Below are positions 63,016 through 64,000 of a stretch of DNA of 64,000 nucleotides, in pieces. Where the stretch lies: assembly GCA_045597865.1 (NCBI GenBank), contig JAZLKX010000028.1, positions 32,001 to 96,000 on the forward strand. The letters run 5' to 3'. The stretch's first letter is position 1. Every line of letters begins with the position of its first letter. The position numbers and the translations under genes were made by a program. This DNA comes from Bacilli bacterium (GTDB taxonomy: Bacteria > Bacillota_I > Bacilli_A > RFN20 > CAG-826). Below the pieces are notes generated by a model, which was given only the letters and a program-made list of their open reading frames with translations, did no database searches and had not been told where the DNA came from.

Positions 63016-63056
63016 GGGTTTTTACGGGGATTTCCACGCAAAATCCCAAATATTTT
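63016..63056. repeat. Short palindromic intergenic element/terminator, copy 2
   Basis: ATTTGGG-TTTT-ACG...CGC-AAAA-TCCCAAAT hairpin between convergent genes; similar to 55272-55313. Confidence 0.5.
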
Positions 63057-63060
63057 GCCT

Positions 63061-64000
63061 TTAAAGTATCTTTGCTTTTAATTTGATTTTGCCATCGCTG
63101 ACATGCTTAAGAACATCATAAATAATGACTGTTCCCCAAGAGTCAATTTTACAGTATGCGAGGGCTTGACCAAGCATCTCATTTTCGTCTGGATCATTAT
63201 CAGTTGGATCAATATGATTTCTTACGAGTAAAGCCTTAAAAAGATCGAGACAAATGCCACCGTTATAAACAAGAGCGCCTTCTTTGTGATAATCAAGCGA
63301 AAATCTTAAATCAAAAGGTAAATTAATGGAATCATAATAGGCTTGAACGTCTTCATCATCACATAAAGTTGGTTGAACAACCTTAAGTGAGCCTCTTCCA
63401 TTGAATTTTGTGCCATAGAATGAACCAGAAGTAAAGAAATCAAGTAAGTCAACGACATTGTCATTAAAGTTTTGAACAAAATTAATAAGATCAGCGTCTA
63501 CTTCAGGATGAGAAGCATAAAGTCTCACAAACTCATCCATTCTTGTTTTCTCAAAGTTTTGATTAAATACAACTACTTTGTAGTTCTTTGCCATTGGATT
63601 AATGCCAAAGTCAATTAATTGCTCTTTTAGAGTCTTAAAAAGGCTAAATTCAGGGTTTATATAGCCATCTATAGATGGATGACCAATAAATTCATAATGA
63701 GAACAGTTTCCGCCTCTTCCTTTGGCGAAATCATGTTTAGTTAAATCATAGCCTCTTCCAACAATATGCATTGAGTATTGAGTAACTACTTGTTGCCAAG
63801 GATGAGCATCTTTCATAAGAGGAACTGGATTTTGAATTGATTCAAAGTCAAAGAAAACAAGATAATCAATATCATCGTTTAAATAATCTCTATGAAGGAT
63901 TGAATTCATAAGATCCATATGAATGACATAGTCAAACCCTTTTCCTAACCATTCAGTTTGGAATTTAATTTGGCTTCTAGCGTTTCCATATTTAATAACG
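63061..64000 (-). CDS. DUF2779 domain protein (RNase H/DnaQ-like putative nuclease), 5' end off window
   Basis: FFDFES...P.QQVVTQYSMH, FNQNFEK, VDLL, SLKVV, YCKIDS; frame stays open to the window edge. Confidence 0.8.
   Translation of the reverse strand, partial: VIKYGNARSQIKFQTEWLGKGFDYVIHMDLMNSILHRDYLNDDIDYLVFFDFESIQNPVPLMKDAHPWQQVVTQYSMHIVGRGYDLTKHDFAKGRGGNCSHYEFIGHPSIDGYINPEFSLFKTLKEQLIDFGINPMAKNYKVVVFNQNFEKTRMDEFVRLYASHPEVDADLINFVQNFNDNVVDLLDFFTSGSFYGTKFNGRGSLKVVQPTLCDDEDVQAYYDSINLPFDLRFSLDYHKEGALVYNGGICLDLFKALLVRNHIDPTDNDPDENEMLGQALAYCKIDSWGTVIIYDVLKHVSDGKIKLKAKIL

Overview
Low-GC Bacilli chromosome segment using genetic code 11, with almost all genes on the minus strand. RpoB and L11 carry Mollicutes-like signatures, so an uncultured reduced-genome lineage such as RFN20/RF39 is likely (inference). 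(1) 1-21.7 kb: the conserved sdaA-cysS-rlmB-sigH-like-(mrp)-rpmG-secE-nusG-(arsR-cadA)-rplKA-rplJL-rsmC-rpoBC-(M6 protease)-rpsLG region, with ribosomal leader RNAs. (2) 21.8-37.9 kb: a tightly coupled 14-gene operon. It holds two complete xanthine-dehydrogenase-family Mo enzymes, MocA, SsnA, a HyuA-like hydantoinase, YgeY and a short YgeW-like transcarbamylase. It has no YgfK or YgeX; a stand-alone PreA-like flavoprotein and two other fold-type II PLP enzymes appear instead, suggesting a non-canonical variant of anaerobic purine/urate catabolism. (3) 38-55 kb: two ECF-S-like membrane proteins, smpB, three large membrane-anchored endonuclease-I/Ig-repeat surface proteins (one apparently a subtilase-nuclease fusion split by a 2-bp frameshift), and thyA-folA. 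(4) 55-64 kb: a pair of beta-rich membrane-anchored unknowns with a divergent membrane XRE regulator, a SAM riboswitch controlling an orphan 90-aa ORF, an EAL protein and a partial DUF2779 gene. Many non-core genes look leaderless. No tRNA, rRNA, CRISPR array or transposase was seen. All calls are by eye from motifs and synteny; no database search was run.
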